Source: Spirochaetia bacterium (GTDB lineage: Bacteria > Spirochaetota > Spirochaetia > DSM-27196 > Salinispiraceae). From it: a DNA stretch of 64,000 bases. The translations under genes were made by a program, and so were the position numbers. Of the stretch, positions 18,825-29,108 are shown piece by piece. Positions within the stretch are counted from its first letter, which is position 1. The number at the start of each line of letters is the position of its first letter. The notes beneath the pieces are model-generated. The model ran no database searches. It had not been told where the DNA came from and saw nothing but the letters and a program-made list of their open reading frames with translations. The DNA is taken from assembly GCA_038204425.1 (NCBI GenBank), contig JBBRCZ010000005.1, positions 64,001 to 128,000 of the forward strand, written 5' to 3'.

Positions 18825-19529
18825 ATGTCTAACCTTAATGAATTTGCACTTAATCGAAGCGCTAGCATGCAGCGCAACATACTAAGAAATGTCTATGTTT
18901 GGATGACTCTTGCGATTGCGATAACCGCTACGGTTGCATACGTTGTTTCACAAAATGAGGGTTTGGTTGAATATCTTTTTCTTTCCAACCTTATTTGGCC
19001 AATTATTATAGTCGAAGTCATAATGGTGTTTGCACTGTCCGGCTTTGTAATGAAGATGAGTCCCTTGGTGGCAATAGTAGTTTTTGCCGCCTACTCGATT
19101 CTCAACGGACTTAGCCTCTCGTTTATCTTTTTAATTTACGATGCCTCAGCGATTCTGCGCGCTTTGGTGATTAGTTCTGGCCTATTTGCTGCTATGAGCA
19201 TCTATGCGGTTACCACAAAGCGTGACCTTTCTGGTTGGGGACATTATTTGATCATGGGCGTAATTGGGCTTTTGATCGCTGGCGTTGTCAATATTTTTGT
19301 TGCCTCATCCGCTTTTGACTTTTTGATAAGCATCGCTGGTGTCGTAATTTTTACTCTACTGACTGCCTATGATACTCAAAAAATTAAACGCTTGAGCGAC
19401 CAATTAGGCAGTGATATTGTCGAAGCCGACTATATTAGGCTTTCAATTGTTGGCGCATTGTCTTTATACTTGGACTTTATCAACATTTTCATCTTTCTTC
19501 TGCGCTTTTTTGGTGGCAGTCGCAACTAA
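18825..19529 (+). CDS. Bax inhibitor-1/YccA family membrane protein
   Basis: TTKRDLS, AYDTQKIK and ALSLYLDFINIF; 7 TM; RBS GGAGG. Confidence 0.93.
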   Translation: MSNLNEFALNRSASMQRNILRNVYVWMTLAIAITATVAYVVSQNEGLVEYLFLSNLIWPIIIVEVIMVFALSGFVMKMSPLVAIVVFAAYSILNGLSLSFIFLIYDASAILRALVISSGLFAAMSIYAVTTKRDLSGWGHYLIMGVIGLLIAGVVNIFVASSAFDFLISIAGVVIFTLLTAYDTQKIKRLSDQLGSDIVEADYIRLSIVGALSLYLDFINIFIFLLRFFGGSRN

Positions 19530-19550
19530 AGTCCGATTTCGGGCAGATAG

Positions 19551-19580
19551 AAAGCCGTCCTCAAGAGGGCGGCTTTTTTT
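19551..19580 (+). terminator. Rho-independent terminator
   Basis: AAAGCCGTCC..GGGCGGC followed by T7. Confidence 0.8.
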
Positions 19581-19667
19581 GCGGACAGATTGGCGTATAT
19601 CGACTATAGTTCGTGCATGACAGCGAGTATTTTTGCCAGAATCAAGTATTCTGACTTTACCGATAGA

Positions 19668-21479
19668 ATGAATCAACTCTATCCGGCCAGCATAGCACCA
19701 AACAAAGGTATCACTCTTGCTCAGAACAAGATCAGACAGCTAAGTCCTATTGAAATTACTCAACTCAATAGCCAAGGCAACTGGGCTCAGGACTGGAGCA
19801 CCGTTTTGGTTAGCCATGATTTTGTGGCCGATAGAATCAGAAATTGCAGTTTTTTCGGTTATTGTTTGCTCGCTAGTTTTAATGGACCAGAAATCAAGAC
19901 TCCTGACGGAAGCATTTATCTGCCTGGCATATATTCCAGCACGTTGCGCGATTGCCAGATTGGCAAGGATGCTGCCATACATCGTTGCGATCTTTTGCAA
20001 AACTACGTCATCGCCAGCAATGTTGTGTGTGCTTCGTCGAGCTTAATCGCTGGTCACGAGCTCAATTCGTTTGGTAACGGTAGCTGGATAGATGTCGGCA
20101 TAGAAACTGGTGGGCGTTCTAGTCCAATCTTTGCCGACATTTCACTTGACATGGCTGAACACATATTGCTCAACCCCGGCGACAAAGAAATAATCAAACT
20201 GGCCCAGGACTTTGTTGAGAACTACGTTTCAAAAATATCACGATGTTTTGGCGTAGTTGACGAAGGTGCAATGGTTACCAACTGTCAGAAGATTGTCGAC
20301 AGCTACATTGGTCCTTGCGCTCAGTTAAATGGCGCGACATTAATCGAAAAGACTAGCATAATTAGTACCTGTGATGATCCTTGCCTTGTGGGGTCCGCGA
20401 GCATCATCAAGAAATCAATCATCCAAGAAGGCGCCTCCATACTTGACGGTGCCATTGTAGAGAACTCAATGCTCTTTGAGCATAGTCATGCAAGTCAGCA
20501 TGGAAAAGTAGTGCAGTGTTTGGTCGGCCCAAACTCAGGAGTCAGCAAAGGCGAAGCAACATCCAGCTTTTTGGGCCCATTTGTGGGCTTCCACCATCAG
20601 GGGCTCTTAATAGCCGCACTTTGGCCTCGCGGACGTGGGAACATAGGTTACGGCGCCAACGTAGGCTCAAACCACACGAGTCGTGTACCAGACCAAGAGT
20701 TTTGGCCCGGTGAGGGAACTTTTTTTGGTCTTGGTTGTACCATCAAGTACCCATCCAACTTTAAGGAAGCGCCCTATACAATCGTTGCCGCTGGGGTGAC
20801 CACGCTTCCACAGAAGATTTCTTACCCATTTAGTCTTATCAACGAACCGATAGGCTACTACTTGGAGGTCCCGCCCGGCTACAACAACCTTATTCCTGCT
20901 TGGTGCCTGACAGAAAACCTCTATATGTTGCAAAGAAACGAAGGAAAATATATCGCCCGCAACAAAGCCAAGCGCAATGTCTTTGAACTCGATGTTTTTA
21001 GGCCCGAGATTCTGGACTATATGCGAGAAGCTATTCGCAATTTGCGAGATATTGAAGAGAGAAAAACCATCTATTTGCCTGGCGACTTACCTGGTATTGG
21101 TAAGAACATGCTTACTGACGAAAACCGTCTAAAGGCAATTGAGGCCTACCATTTTTTTATCGATCTTGCCACTTTTCGCAAGGATAAAACTGCAATCCTC
21201 GAGCTTCGCGATGCCAAAGCAGGTGAGACTCTTGATGACCCAGAACGCCGACGCTTGATTGGGCATATGTCCAGACTAAAAGAAATGTTACCAAGTCTCG
21301 TTCAAAAAGTGGAAACCTCGCGTTCACGGGACTTTGAACGCGGTGCAGCTATTATAGATGACTATCATAAGACTCACGGCGCAGTTAAGGACGATACTTT
21401 TGTCAAGCAAACCAAAAAGGAAATAAAAGCAGAACTATCCCAGGTCCAAGAGGCATTGCGTTTTCTTCAGCAGGCTTAA
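19668..21479 (+). CDS. DUF4954 family protein (left-handed beta-helix containing)
   Basis: RQLSPIEITQLNSQGNWAQDW, ETGGR, GPFVGFHHQ and GANVGSNHTSR. Start codon uncertain (19590-19668). Confidence 0.8.
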   Translation: MNQLYPASIAPNKGITLAQNKIRQLSPIEITQLNSQGNWAQDWSTVLVSHDFVADRIRNCSFFGYCLLASFNGPEIKTPDGSIYLPGIYSSTLRDCQIGKDAAIHRCDLLQNYVIASNVVCASSSLIAGHELNSFGNGSWIDVGIETGGRSSPIFADISLDMAEHILLNPGDKEIIKLAQDFVENYVSKISRCFGVVDEGAMVTNCQKIVDSYIGPCAQLNGATLIEKTSIISTCDDPCLVGSASIIKKSIIQEGASILDGAIVENSMLFEHSHASQHGKVVQCLVGPNSGVSKGEATSSFLGPFVGFHHQGLLIAALWPRGRGNIGYGANVGSNHTSRVPDQEFWPGEGTFFGLGCTIKYPSNFKEAPYTIVAAGVTTLPQKISYPFSLINEPIGYYLEVPPGYNNLIPAWCLTENLYMLQRNEGKYIARNKAKRNVFELDVFRPEILDYMREAIRNLRDIEERKTIYLPGDLPGIGKNMLTDENRLKAIEAYHFFIDLATFRKDKTAILELRDAKAGETLDDPERRRLIGHMSRLKEMLPSLVQKVETSRSRDFERGAAIIDDYHKTHGAVKDDTFVKQTKKEIKAELSQVQEALRFLQQA

Positions 21480-21489
21480 GTTATTCTGC

Positions 21490-22803
21490 CTAAGATAGAT
21501 GTTGGTCCAGCCAGTTCACCAGATCCTGTTTGCTCGATCCAACTTTGTCGGCCATTTTTTGTCTGCGGGTGTACTCCGCAAGTCGTTGCGGAATATTTGC
21601 GGGTCTACCGCTGGCTTCCAAAACTATCTCTGAAAACTTGCCTGGATGCGCCGTGGATAGATTGATTACGATACCCGCTCCATCTAAGCCACCCGCCAAG
21701 AAACGCTCAGATGCAAGTACGCCTACTGCTGTGTGCGGACATATTTGTAAAGAATAGTCCTGGTCATAGCGTTTCATAGTTGCAAGAATATCGACATTCT
21801 TGACCACTTCTGGATAGAGCATGGCCTGCATTTGCAACAAATCGTTGGCGAACAAAGCTTGAAGTCTTTCAAAGTTTGACGGATTGCCTACGTCCATAGC
21901 GTTGGCGGGAGTGCTTACCGACGGCCGACTTGTAAAAATACCATTTTTTAAATATTGTGGAACCACATCGTTCTCGTTGGTAGCTGCAATAAAACCACTA
22001 ACAGGTAAGCCCCAGCGCCAAGCCAAAACACCTGCTGTTAGGTTGCCAAAGTTACCGCTTGGTACACAAAAATATATTTCTCCAGATGTCTTTTCTTTCA
22101 ATTGCGCAAATGCCCAAGCATAGTAGAATGACTGTGGAATCAATCGCCCGAGGTTGATGGAGTTGGCAGAGCTCAAAGGATAGCGTTCTCGCAATTCATG
22201 ATCCAAAAACGCTTCTTTTACCATGCGCTGACAATCATCAAAGCTACCATCAACTTCTAAAGCATGCACATTGCCACCAACCGTGGTCAATTGCAACTCT
22301 TGGCTTGGACTCACTCGGCCAGATGGATACAAAATTACGACATCTATGTTTTCTTTTCCAAAAAAAGCTTGTGCAACGGCACTTCCAGTATCACCGGATG
22401 TAGCCGTAAGAATAATGGCGTGTTGCTTATCACTCTTGAGATAGTGTTCCATCATGGTGGCAAGAAAGCTGGCACCAAAATCCTTAAAGGCACATGAGGG
22501 TCCATGGTAGAGCTCCATATCAAACAATCCTGGTCTAAGTGCAGTCAGAACTGGTACAAAAGGAAAGGCCTGCTCACAAATCTGGCTACAGGTCTCAGAA
22601 TCAAACTCATCACCAAAAAAACCATGCATAATCTCAGCTGCCAAACGAGGAAAGGACCAACTACTGTCGGCTCGCATAAACAACGAGCGCAGATCAGGCT
22701 CGGTAACTGGTAAGTAGAGGCCACCATCAGGTGCCAGTCCTTCAAAAAGAGCTTGTTTAAAGTCAACAAGACGCTCAGGATCTCTTGTAGAAGAAAATTT
22801 CAT
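21490..22803 (-). CDS. thrC: Threonine synthase
   Basis: GLAPDGGLY, HGPSCAFKDFG, ATSGDTG, SANSIN, VPSGNFGN and TAHPGKF. Confidence 0.97.
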   Translation of the reverse strand: MKFSSTRDPERLVDFKQALFEGLAPDGGLYLPVTEPDLRSLFMRADSSWSFPRLAAEIMHGFFGDEFDSETCSQICEQAFPFVPVLTALRPGLFDMELYHGPSCAFKDFGASFLATMMEHYLKSDKQHAIILTATSGDTGSAVAQAFFGKENIDVVILYPSGRVSPSQELQLTTVGGNVHALEVDGSFDDCQRMVKEAFLDHELRERYPLSSANSINLGRLIPQSFYYAWAFAQLKEKTSGEIYFCVPSGNFGNLTAGVLAWRWGLPVSGFIAATNENDVVPQYLKNGIFTSRPSVSTPANAMDVGNPSNFERLQALFANDLLQMQAMLYPEVVKNVDILATMKRYDQDYSLQICPHTAVGVLASERFLAGGLDGAGIVINLSTAHPGKFSEIVLEASGRPANIPQRLAEYTRRQKMADKVGSSKQDLVNWLDQHLS

Positions 22804-24225
22804 TTAAACCTCCGGAAAAAAAGCAGCATGCAGCACGTTAAGTGCTTGATGATGGTCTTTTTGCTCAATCACAAAAGACACATTCATTTCAGATGAACCT
22901 TGCGCTATTACCAAGACATTGATGCCAGCTAGGCCAAGCGCAGCAAATATTTGTCCGGCGACTCCCGGTAGCCCGCGCATATTGGCCCCGATCACGGAAA
23001 CGATTTCAACCGATTTGACCCACTCAACCGAACTAACAAGTTTGCCTTCCAAAAGGCTAGCCAGTTCGGTTTTGAGCGTTGCAACTGCCTTAGCGCATTC
23101 ATCTTCTCGCAAGACCACGCAGATGCTGTGCTCGCTTGAGGCTTGGGAAATCATAATAATATTTACGTCTGCTTTTGCAAAGGCCACAAATAACTTTGCT
23201 GCCACACCCTTGGTGCCCATCAGCCCTCCGCCAACGATATTTATTATGCCGACGTTCTGCATGCTGGCCAAACCTGTTATGCTGCTTAAGCTTGTTGGCA
23301 CTCCGGCCGCAATGCGCGTGCCGCGCTTTTGTGGATCAAAGGTGTTTTTGATCCAAATAGGTATATTTTTTTCTACGGCCGGAATGATGGTATAAGGGTG
23401 CAAAACTTCCGCGCCAAAATAACACAGTTCCATCGCTTCTTCGACCGACAAATCTGGAATCACAAAGGCCTTTTTTACCACACGCGGGTCGGCAGACAAA
23501 ACACCATCAACATCAGTCCAGATTTCAATGTCACTGGCCTTGAGTGCCGCACCAAAGATCGCCGCACTATAGTCGGAACCATTGCGACCAAGGGTGGTTG
23601 TAATGCCTTCTGCATTGGCCGCTACAAATCCAGTTACCAAGGCAACCTTACCCTTTCGCTCATGCCCCCAATGCCGATGAAAAAAAGATTGGATAGTATC
23701 ATACGTTCGACCAAAGTCCACAACAGCGCTACCAAAACTATCATCAGTTGCAATCAGTTCCCGCGCATCAACAAAAACCGCATCCAAATCAACCGTTCTA
23801 AAATACGCGGCTATCAAGGTGTTGTTTAGTCGCTCACCAAAACTCATCATTAGGTCGAGACTGCGTAAACTGCACTCCCGAATCAAAAAGACACCGTTGC
23901 AGATTTCTTGCATTTCACGGTACATGCTGGAAAGTAAGCCTTGAGCGGCAAGTTTGGCTTCCTTTTGATTCATGCTGGTCCCAGCAAAAAGATCATCAAG
24001 GGCCTCTTGTTGACGCTTCCATATTGACTCAAGCAGCTTTGCATAACTGAGCTCACCTGATTCGGCCAAGGTGGCGGCCTTTATCAAGTCGTCAGTAATT
24101 CCCTTCATCGCAGAACACACGACCACAAGGCCTTCAGTTAGATCCTGAGTCCTAACAATGGCTTCAACCGCTCTAATACGGCCGGCATCTTTGACAGAAG
24201 TGCCGCCAAATTTCATCACTTTCAT
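22804..24225 (-). CDS. Aspartate kinase (monofunctional, two ACT domains)
   Basis: KFGGTSV, TTLGRNGSDYSA, WTDVDG..SADPR, SQASSE and QGSSE; no homoserine dehydrogenase domain. Confidence 0.95.
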   Translation of the reverse strand: MKVMKFGGTSVKDAGRIRAVEAIVRTQDLTEGLVVVCSAMKGITDDLIKAATLAESGELSYAKLLESIWKRQQEALDDLFAGTSMNQKEAKLAAQGLLSSMYREMQEICNGVFLIRECSLRSLDLMMSFGERLNNTLIAAYFRTVDLDAVFVDARELIATDDSFGSAVVDFGRTYDTIQSFFHRHWGHERKGKVALVTGFVAANAEGITTTLGRNGSDYSAAIFGAALKASDIEIWTDVDGVLSADPRVVKKAFVIPDLSVEEAMELCYFGAEVLHPYTIIPAVEKNIPIWIKNTFDPQKRGTRIAAGVPTSLSSITGLASMQNVGIINIVGGGLMGTKGVAAKLFVAFAKADVNIIMISQASSEHSICVVLREDECAKAVATLKTELASLLEGKLVSSVEWVKSVEIVSVIGANMRGLPGVAGQIFAALGLAGINVLVIAQGSSEMNVSFVIEQKDHHQALNVLHAAFFPEV

Positions 24226-24329
24226 AATGCTCTATACTGCTACAAAGTTCGCCAAGAGTACAAGTGACCTTTGTCGCGACTGGACCCTTTCAGATTGACA
24301 TAAGGCTAAAAAGCAGAGAAACTCGGCAC

Positions 24330-25616
24330 ATGTACAAATACCATATAGAAGGCGGTTTTCCGATCAAGGGAACCATTAGAGCAAGTGGCAACAAAAACGC
24401 AGCTCTGCCCTGTATTTGCGCCTGCATTCTGACGGATCAAGAAGTGACATTGCGCAACGTACCCGACATTGAAGACGTTCACGTCCTCTATGACATAATC
24501 CGCTTTTTGGGTGGTAGCGTAGACAAGGGCAAGGTTCACGGCGAGTGGCACATTAAAGCAAGCGAAATCAAGACCCATGAAATCCCTATCGAGATGGCAA
24601 GAAAAATTAGGGCTTCAATCTTGCTAGCCGGCCCGATGCTGGCTAGGACAGGCAAAATTTCATTGCCGCCACCTGGTGGTGACGTAATTGGAAGACGCCG
24701 ACTAGACACTCACTTTCTCGCCCTGATGTCACTCGGCGCGCGGGTAGAAATTGACGGACAATACAAGATCAGCGCCAACAAACTGGTTGGCCTTGAGATG
24801 TTTTTGGATGAAGCCAGCGTTACAGCTACCGAAAATGCCATCATGGCCTCTGTTTTGGCCGAAGGTGAAACCATAATAGAAAACGCTGCCAGTGAGCCTC
24901 ATGTTCAAGATTTGTGCACTATGCTCAACCAAATGGGCGCTTCAATCTCGGGAATCGGCTCCAATATTTTGCGTATTAAAGGTGTCAAAAAGCTGGGTGG
25001 AACTGAGTTCAGAATCTCCGCTGACTTTATGGAAGTGGGAAGTTTTATTGGTCTGGCGGCCGTGACTCGCAGTGAACTGACCATTGAGGATGCTGCTCCA
25101 CACAACCTCAAGATGGTCAAACTCGGTTTTGGCAAGTTGGGTATCCATTGGGAAACCGAAGGCAGCACTATCCACATTGGCGCCAATCAATTGATGCGCG
25201 TAAGCCCAGACCTTGGCGGCATGATTCCAAAGATTGATGACGCGCCATGGCCCGGATTCCCACCTGACTTACTTTCGATAATCATAACCGTAGCTACTCA
25301 AGTAGAAGGCACCGTTCTTATTCACGAAAAGATGTTTGAGTCGCGTATGTTCTTTGTGGACAAGCTGATTGGCATGGGTGCCAAAATTATCCTTTGCGAC
25401 CCACATCGTGCGGTAATAAACGGCCCCAATCGCTTGAGCGGTGCCGATCTTGTCTCGCCCGATGTCCGAGCCGGCATGGCAATGGTTATAGCGGCCCTAT
25501 GTGCACAAGGCGAGTCAAATATTCAAAATGTCTATCAGATCGAACGAGGTTATGAGCATCTTGCGTCGCGGCTCCAGTCTTTGGGCGCGCGCATCAAACG
25601 AATACCTAAGTCTTAA
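24330..25616 (+). CDS. murA: UDP-N-acetylglucosamine 1-carboxyvinyltransferase
   Basis: SGNKNAALP, RASILLAGP, PGGDVIGRR, EPHV, PGFPPD and ERGYE. Confidence 0.97.
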   Translation: MYKYHIEGGFPIKGTIRASGNKNAALPCICACILTDQEVTLRNVPDIEDVHVLYDIIRFLGGSVDKGKVHGEWHIKASEIKTHEIPIEMARKIRASILLAGPMLARTGKISLPPPGGDVIGRRRLDTHFLALMSLGARVEIDGQYKISANKLVGLEMFLDEASVTATENAIMASVLAEGETIIENAASEPHVQDLCTMLNQMGASISGIGSNILRIKGVKKLGGTEFRISADFMEVGSFIGLAAVTRSELTIEDAAPHNLKMVKLGFGKLGIHWETEGSTIHIGANQLMRVSPDLGGMIPKIDDAPWPGFPPDLLSIIITVATQVEGTVLIHEKMFESRMFFVDKLIGMGAKIILCDPHRAVINGPNRLSGADLVSPDVRAGMAMVIAALCAQGESNIQNVYQIERGYEHLASRLQSLGARIKRIPKS

Positions 25617-26260
25617 AGTGCAGATAGGCCACTAAACCACTTGTCCGCGTAGCGATCTAGTGATTGTTCAACAATCGGTGAAGGAAAATTCCTTGCCGAT
25701 TGTTTTTTTTTGCCGGTGCTAAGTGATCGAACAATGGCTTGTTTGTAGCTTCGTGGGGACAAAACAATGCCTTGAGCCAGGTACTCCAGTCTCTTGAGAA
25801 CCAAAACATCGTCGTCCTTTGCGTAGACCAATGTTACGTAAAGAACTTGCTCAAACAATCTTTGCTTCTGTTTGTCGCCCAATTGTTTTACGGGAGCCAA
25901 TAGCGCGTCATCTCCCGCGCTCTTTGCCAAAAGATGGCGACTAGCGTCAACAAGCTTTTGAAACATCAGTGGAAATAGATTTAGAAAAAACAGTTTTCTT
26001 TTGATCTTTGCCAGTTCCTGTATACGTTCCAAATCAGTTAGTCCATGTGGTTCCCTAAAAACTAACAACAAATAACGGTATACCCAAGCCACGAGACGAC
26101 CAAATCCAAAGTAGACACCTTTACCTTGATAAAATCGGGTGATGGTCTTTTCCCAAATCCAGAAAAAAAGAACCTGATCCAAGAGAAAACCACCGACTAA
26201 ACCCAGTACTCTACCTGGAATATCAAAGACTGCGCCAACGAAAAAAAGAACTATAGTCAT
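25613..26260 (-). CDS. Hypothetical membrane-anchored protein
   Basis: 215-aa ORF in line with the two upstream minus-strand genes; N-terminal hydrophobic Gly-rich segment. Confidence 0.6.
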   Translation of the reverse strand: MTIVLFFVGAVFDIPGRVLGLVGGFLLDQVLFFWIWEKTITRFYQGKGVYFGFGRLVAWVYRYLLLVFREPHGLTDLERIQELAKIKRKLFFLNLFPLMFQKLVDASRHLLAKSAGDDALLAPVKQLGDKQKQRLFEQVLYVTLVYAKDDDVLVLKRLEYLAQGIVLSPRSYKQAIVRSLSTGKKKQSARNFPSPIVEQSLDRYADKWFSGLSAL

Positions 26261-26280
26261 TATTTCTAACAGAGGCCGCG

Positions 26281-28077
26281 CTAAGCCGATCGGCCAGCAA
26301 GATAAACGAAGGCCACAAAAGTCTGAAGTGTCTGTACGATTATAATGCCAACTATTGCTGCCACCATGCCCAGTCCCGTGAGCAAGGCCATATTAATTAT
26401 GCTCATTATGCCAAAATAAGCAGCGTTCATAAAAATGGTCATAATTGGAACCAAAACTAGCAAAGCTAAACTCGGCAACAATGGTCTGCTTAGATAACGA
26501 CTACGGTTGGACCATGCCCAAGCAATACCAAAAATACCCAAACTAACCATAGAAAGAATTTTTACCAAGTACATCAACAAAGACCTTTGCACGGGTCTAA
26601 GATCCAAATCTGCTTCTCTAACGATGTCCAATATGCTAATCAGCTCAGCTGCAGTCATAATAGACCATGAGCCCTGACTCTCCGCCAACGAGTAGAGCGT
26701 ATTGCCTTCGTATTTTATGGCCACATGATTCTGAATCTCTGGTGCAAATTCACCCTTCAGTATCCGAACCTCCGAGACATTCAATGGGTCTTGCTTGTCA
26801 ATGCTTCGCATAAGCAACTTCGATCCTATAATTTTGCCGCGTTCGGATACACGATGGGCGACAATTTTGCCTGCTTTGTCAAACGTAATTACTTCTGGTT
26901 GAATCAAATACCAGGAATATGCGCCGGGCACAACTGCCTTAGCGTACAAATATTCTACTAGCTCAGCGTTGCTAGCGTTCTTGACTAACAAAGAATTAAG
27001 ACTCCTGCCTTCTATTGCCCCTAAGAGCTCTTCAGAAAAGAAAACTTGTTTGTTTAACGCCTCAAGAACCAATGGCATCCACTCTCTAACATCCATGTCT
27101 AGGTAATCACCTAAGGGGCCTGCACGCTGACCCTTAATGTTATTTTTTTTGACAAACAGCTCAACGTCGAGCAAAGTATAGTAGGCTTCTTCAAAGCGCC
27201 CAGAAGGAAAGTCGGTCAAAATCGCTTTGTTTTTCATTCTATACAACTGTTTTGAGTAATCGTCATCTTTTTCAGAAACCTGATTGGCTAACTTGGTCTC
27301 AAGCAGGTTGCGAATCATTGAAACCTCGATGTCTTTCTGTGGACTAATTCTCTCCGCCAGTTCAATAAAGTAAAGTGCCGAGTAAAAGTCGTCTTGATCC
27401 ACGTACTGTTTGGACTTTTGAATAAGAGCCGCAAGGTCCATGCCAGCTTTCTCAATTGTAGTAACGCTGGCTTGGGCACTCGAACCTGCACCTACGAGAC
27501 CACTTTTTGGGATAGTTGCCGGACTAGTTGAAATCGCCGGCACCTTGATGCTCAGAACGATTGTATCTCTCAATTTCTTAAGTGACTCATTTTCAGGTGA
27601 CAATCGAATTGCCTCTTGTACATCTTGCTTTGCTTGCTTGGAGTTTCCGATCTTTTGGTTCTCGTTGGCAGATTTGATTAACTCCACTAGCCGAAGAGAA
27701 TTGGACTGCGCCAGTTGGTAACTGTTCCTTATTGGTCCATCAAGAAACGCCAAAATTAAAACATAGCCCACTGTCAACAGCACAAGAAATTTAAGACTGT
27801 TGGCAATCGCTGTGACAAAGTTTCCTGTTCCTGCAAAAGCGGATTTATAATTTTGGACGTTTACTAGACCAGAAAAAGCTAGAATAAAGGCAGAAATGGT
27901 TATAGGAAGGTAATATTCAACCCACAACGAAAACACCCTACCTAGTATCCAGGAAAACTGAAAATCCGGATGTATTGAAGCCGATGGAGTTATAAGTGTA
28001 AGAGCCAAAAATAGTGCCAGCGAAAGCAAATGAAACACTAGTACCAAGACAAACACTGACCGGTTTAGGCCTTTCAT
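26281..28077 (-). CDS. Hypothetical membrane protein (3 TM + large TPR-containing loop + 3 TM)
   Basis: 598-aa ORF; TPR-like AKQDVQEAIRLSPEN; overlaps the upstream stop. Confidence 0.8.
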   Translation of the reverse strand: MKGLNRSVFVLVLVFHLLSLALFLALTLITPSASIHPDFQFSWILGRVFSLWVEYYLPITISAFILAFSGLVNVQNYKSAFAGTGNFVTAIANSLKFLVLLTVGYVLILAFLDGPIRNSYQLAQSNSLRLVELIKSANENQKIGNSKQAKQDVQEAIRLSPENESLKKLRDTIVLSIKVPAISTSPATIPKSGLVGAGSSAQASVTTIEKAGMDLAALIQKSKQYVDQDDFYSALYFIELAERISPQKDIEVSMIRNLLETKLANQVSEKDDDYSKQLYRMKNKAILTDFPSGRFEEAYYTLLDVELFVKKNNIKGQRAGPLGDYLDMDVREWMPLVLEALNKQVFFSEELLGAIEGRSLNSLLVKNASNAELVEYLYAKAVVPGAYSWYLIQPEVITFDKAGKIVAHRVSERGKIIGSKLLMRSIDKQDPLNVSEVRILKGEFAPEIQNHVAIKYEGNTLYSLAESQGSWSIMTAAELISILDIVREADLDLRPVQRSLLMYLVKILSMVSLGIFGIAWAWSNRSRYLSRPLLPSLALLVLVPIMTIFMNAAYFGIMSIINMALLTGLGMVAAIVGIIIVQTLQTFVAFVYLAGRSA

Positions 28078-29042
28078 AATCCGACCTCTTTCTGCCAGTC
28101 TTTAACGGGCTGCAAAAACAAGTTCAGGCTCCAAAAGAAGAGTCCAAATAAACTGAGAACTAGCGGACCTGTATAGGTCAATACTGCATCTGGTAGAAAG
28201 GAGAAGTTAGCCAAGTTTTGGCTCATGGATAGCCATGCAGTCAATTGAAATAGTACCAAGAGCATAGCTAATGCACAAAAAAAGTTAAAGAGTGGCCATC
28301 TGCTCAGCCTAATAAAAAACCATAGCGAATGTAACGCCAACGACAGTGCGCTCGACCACATCAGAATTTGCAGCAAATTGAGCGTTTTAACTGACGAGGT
28401 CAACGAAGTCCTGATGGCGGTAAATGACTCAATAAACCATTCTACCATAAACCAGCCTGACTCTTGTTTACCAGGCGCTGGATCGAGACTAGAAAGTTTG
28501 ATGCTTTGAGCCCTTTGAGGCAGCAATAGTGCGCTTCCGTCATCAGATACCCTCATATCTTCAACTGGCTGCATTACACTGCCACTAAGGCCTTCGTGAA
28601 TATACCAAGCCTCTTTTTTTTCGTCGGTGGAATTTACTCTCAGCAAATAACCGCCTTCATATTTTAAAACCGATGACCCAGGAAGACCAGCTTTTTGAAG
28701 CGGAATACTAAGCATAGATACCGATGGAATGCTGTTAGAAATTACGCTGAAGCAAAAGAAGCCAAGAGCCCATACTATCGCATTCACCAGAAGTGCCCCA
28801 TAGCGATATTTTTGCAAATGAAGAACTCTAAACATCATTACAAACCATGTAATAACAAGCGCAGGCAACAATATATCAACAAATAGTGCAATGAAAAATA
28901 GAAAAGGCTCTAAGCTCAGCTGCAGTCCAATCCACGTTGCGTTGAAGGAATACAGCCACAGCAAGCGTAGCCCTGACAAGAGAACAATCGCTCCAATTAG
29001 AGATAGACAAAACTGCAAAGGTAACAAGAATAATTTTTTCAT
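28074..29042 (-). CDS. Hypothetical membrane protein (3 TM + loop + 3 TM)
   Basis: Long ORF starting MKKLF, preceded by TTGCCA-N17-TACGAT. Confidence 0.75.
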   Translation of the reverse strand: MKKLFLLPLQFCLSLIGAIVLLSGLRLLWLYSFNATWIGLQLSLEPFLFFIALFVDILLPALVITWFVMMFRVLHLQKYRYGALLVNAIVWALGFFCFSVISNSIPSVSMLSIPLQKAGLPGSSVLKYEGGYLLRVNSTDEKKEAWYIHEGLSGSVMQPVEDMRVSDDGSALLLPQRAQSIKLSSLDPAPGKQESGWFMVEWFIESFTAIRTSLTSSVKTLNLLQILMWSSALSLALHSLWFFIRLSRWPLFNFFCALAMLLVLFQLTAWLSMSQNLANFSFLPDAVLTYTGPLVLSLFGLFFWSLNLFLQPVKDWQKEVGL

Positions 29043-29108
29043 TACCACAAAATCGTAACACGCCCGCAAATACTTGGCAAGGAAGGTTACTAGATCATTT
29101 TGCCTAAT

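Noticed and set aside
25613..26260. DjlA co-chaperone call
   Set aside because: The N-terminus is reminiscent, but there is no J-domain or HPD motif, so it is left as hypothetical.
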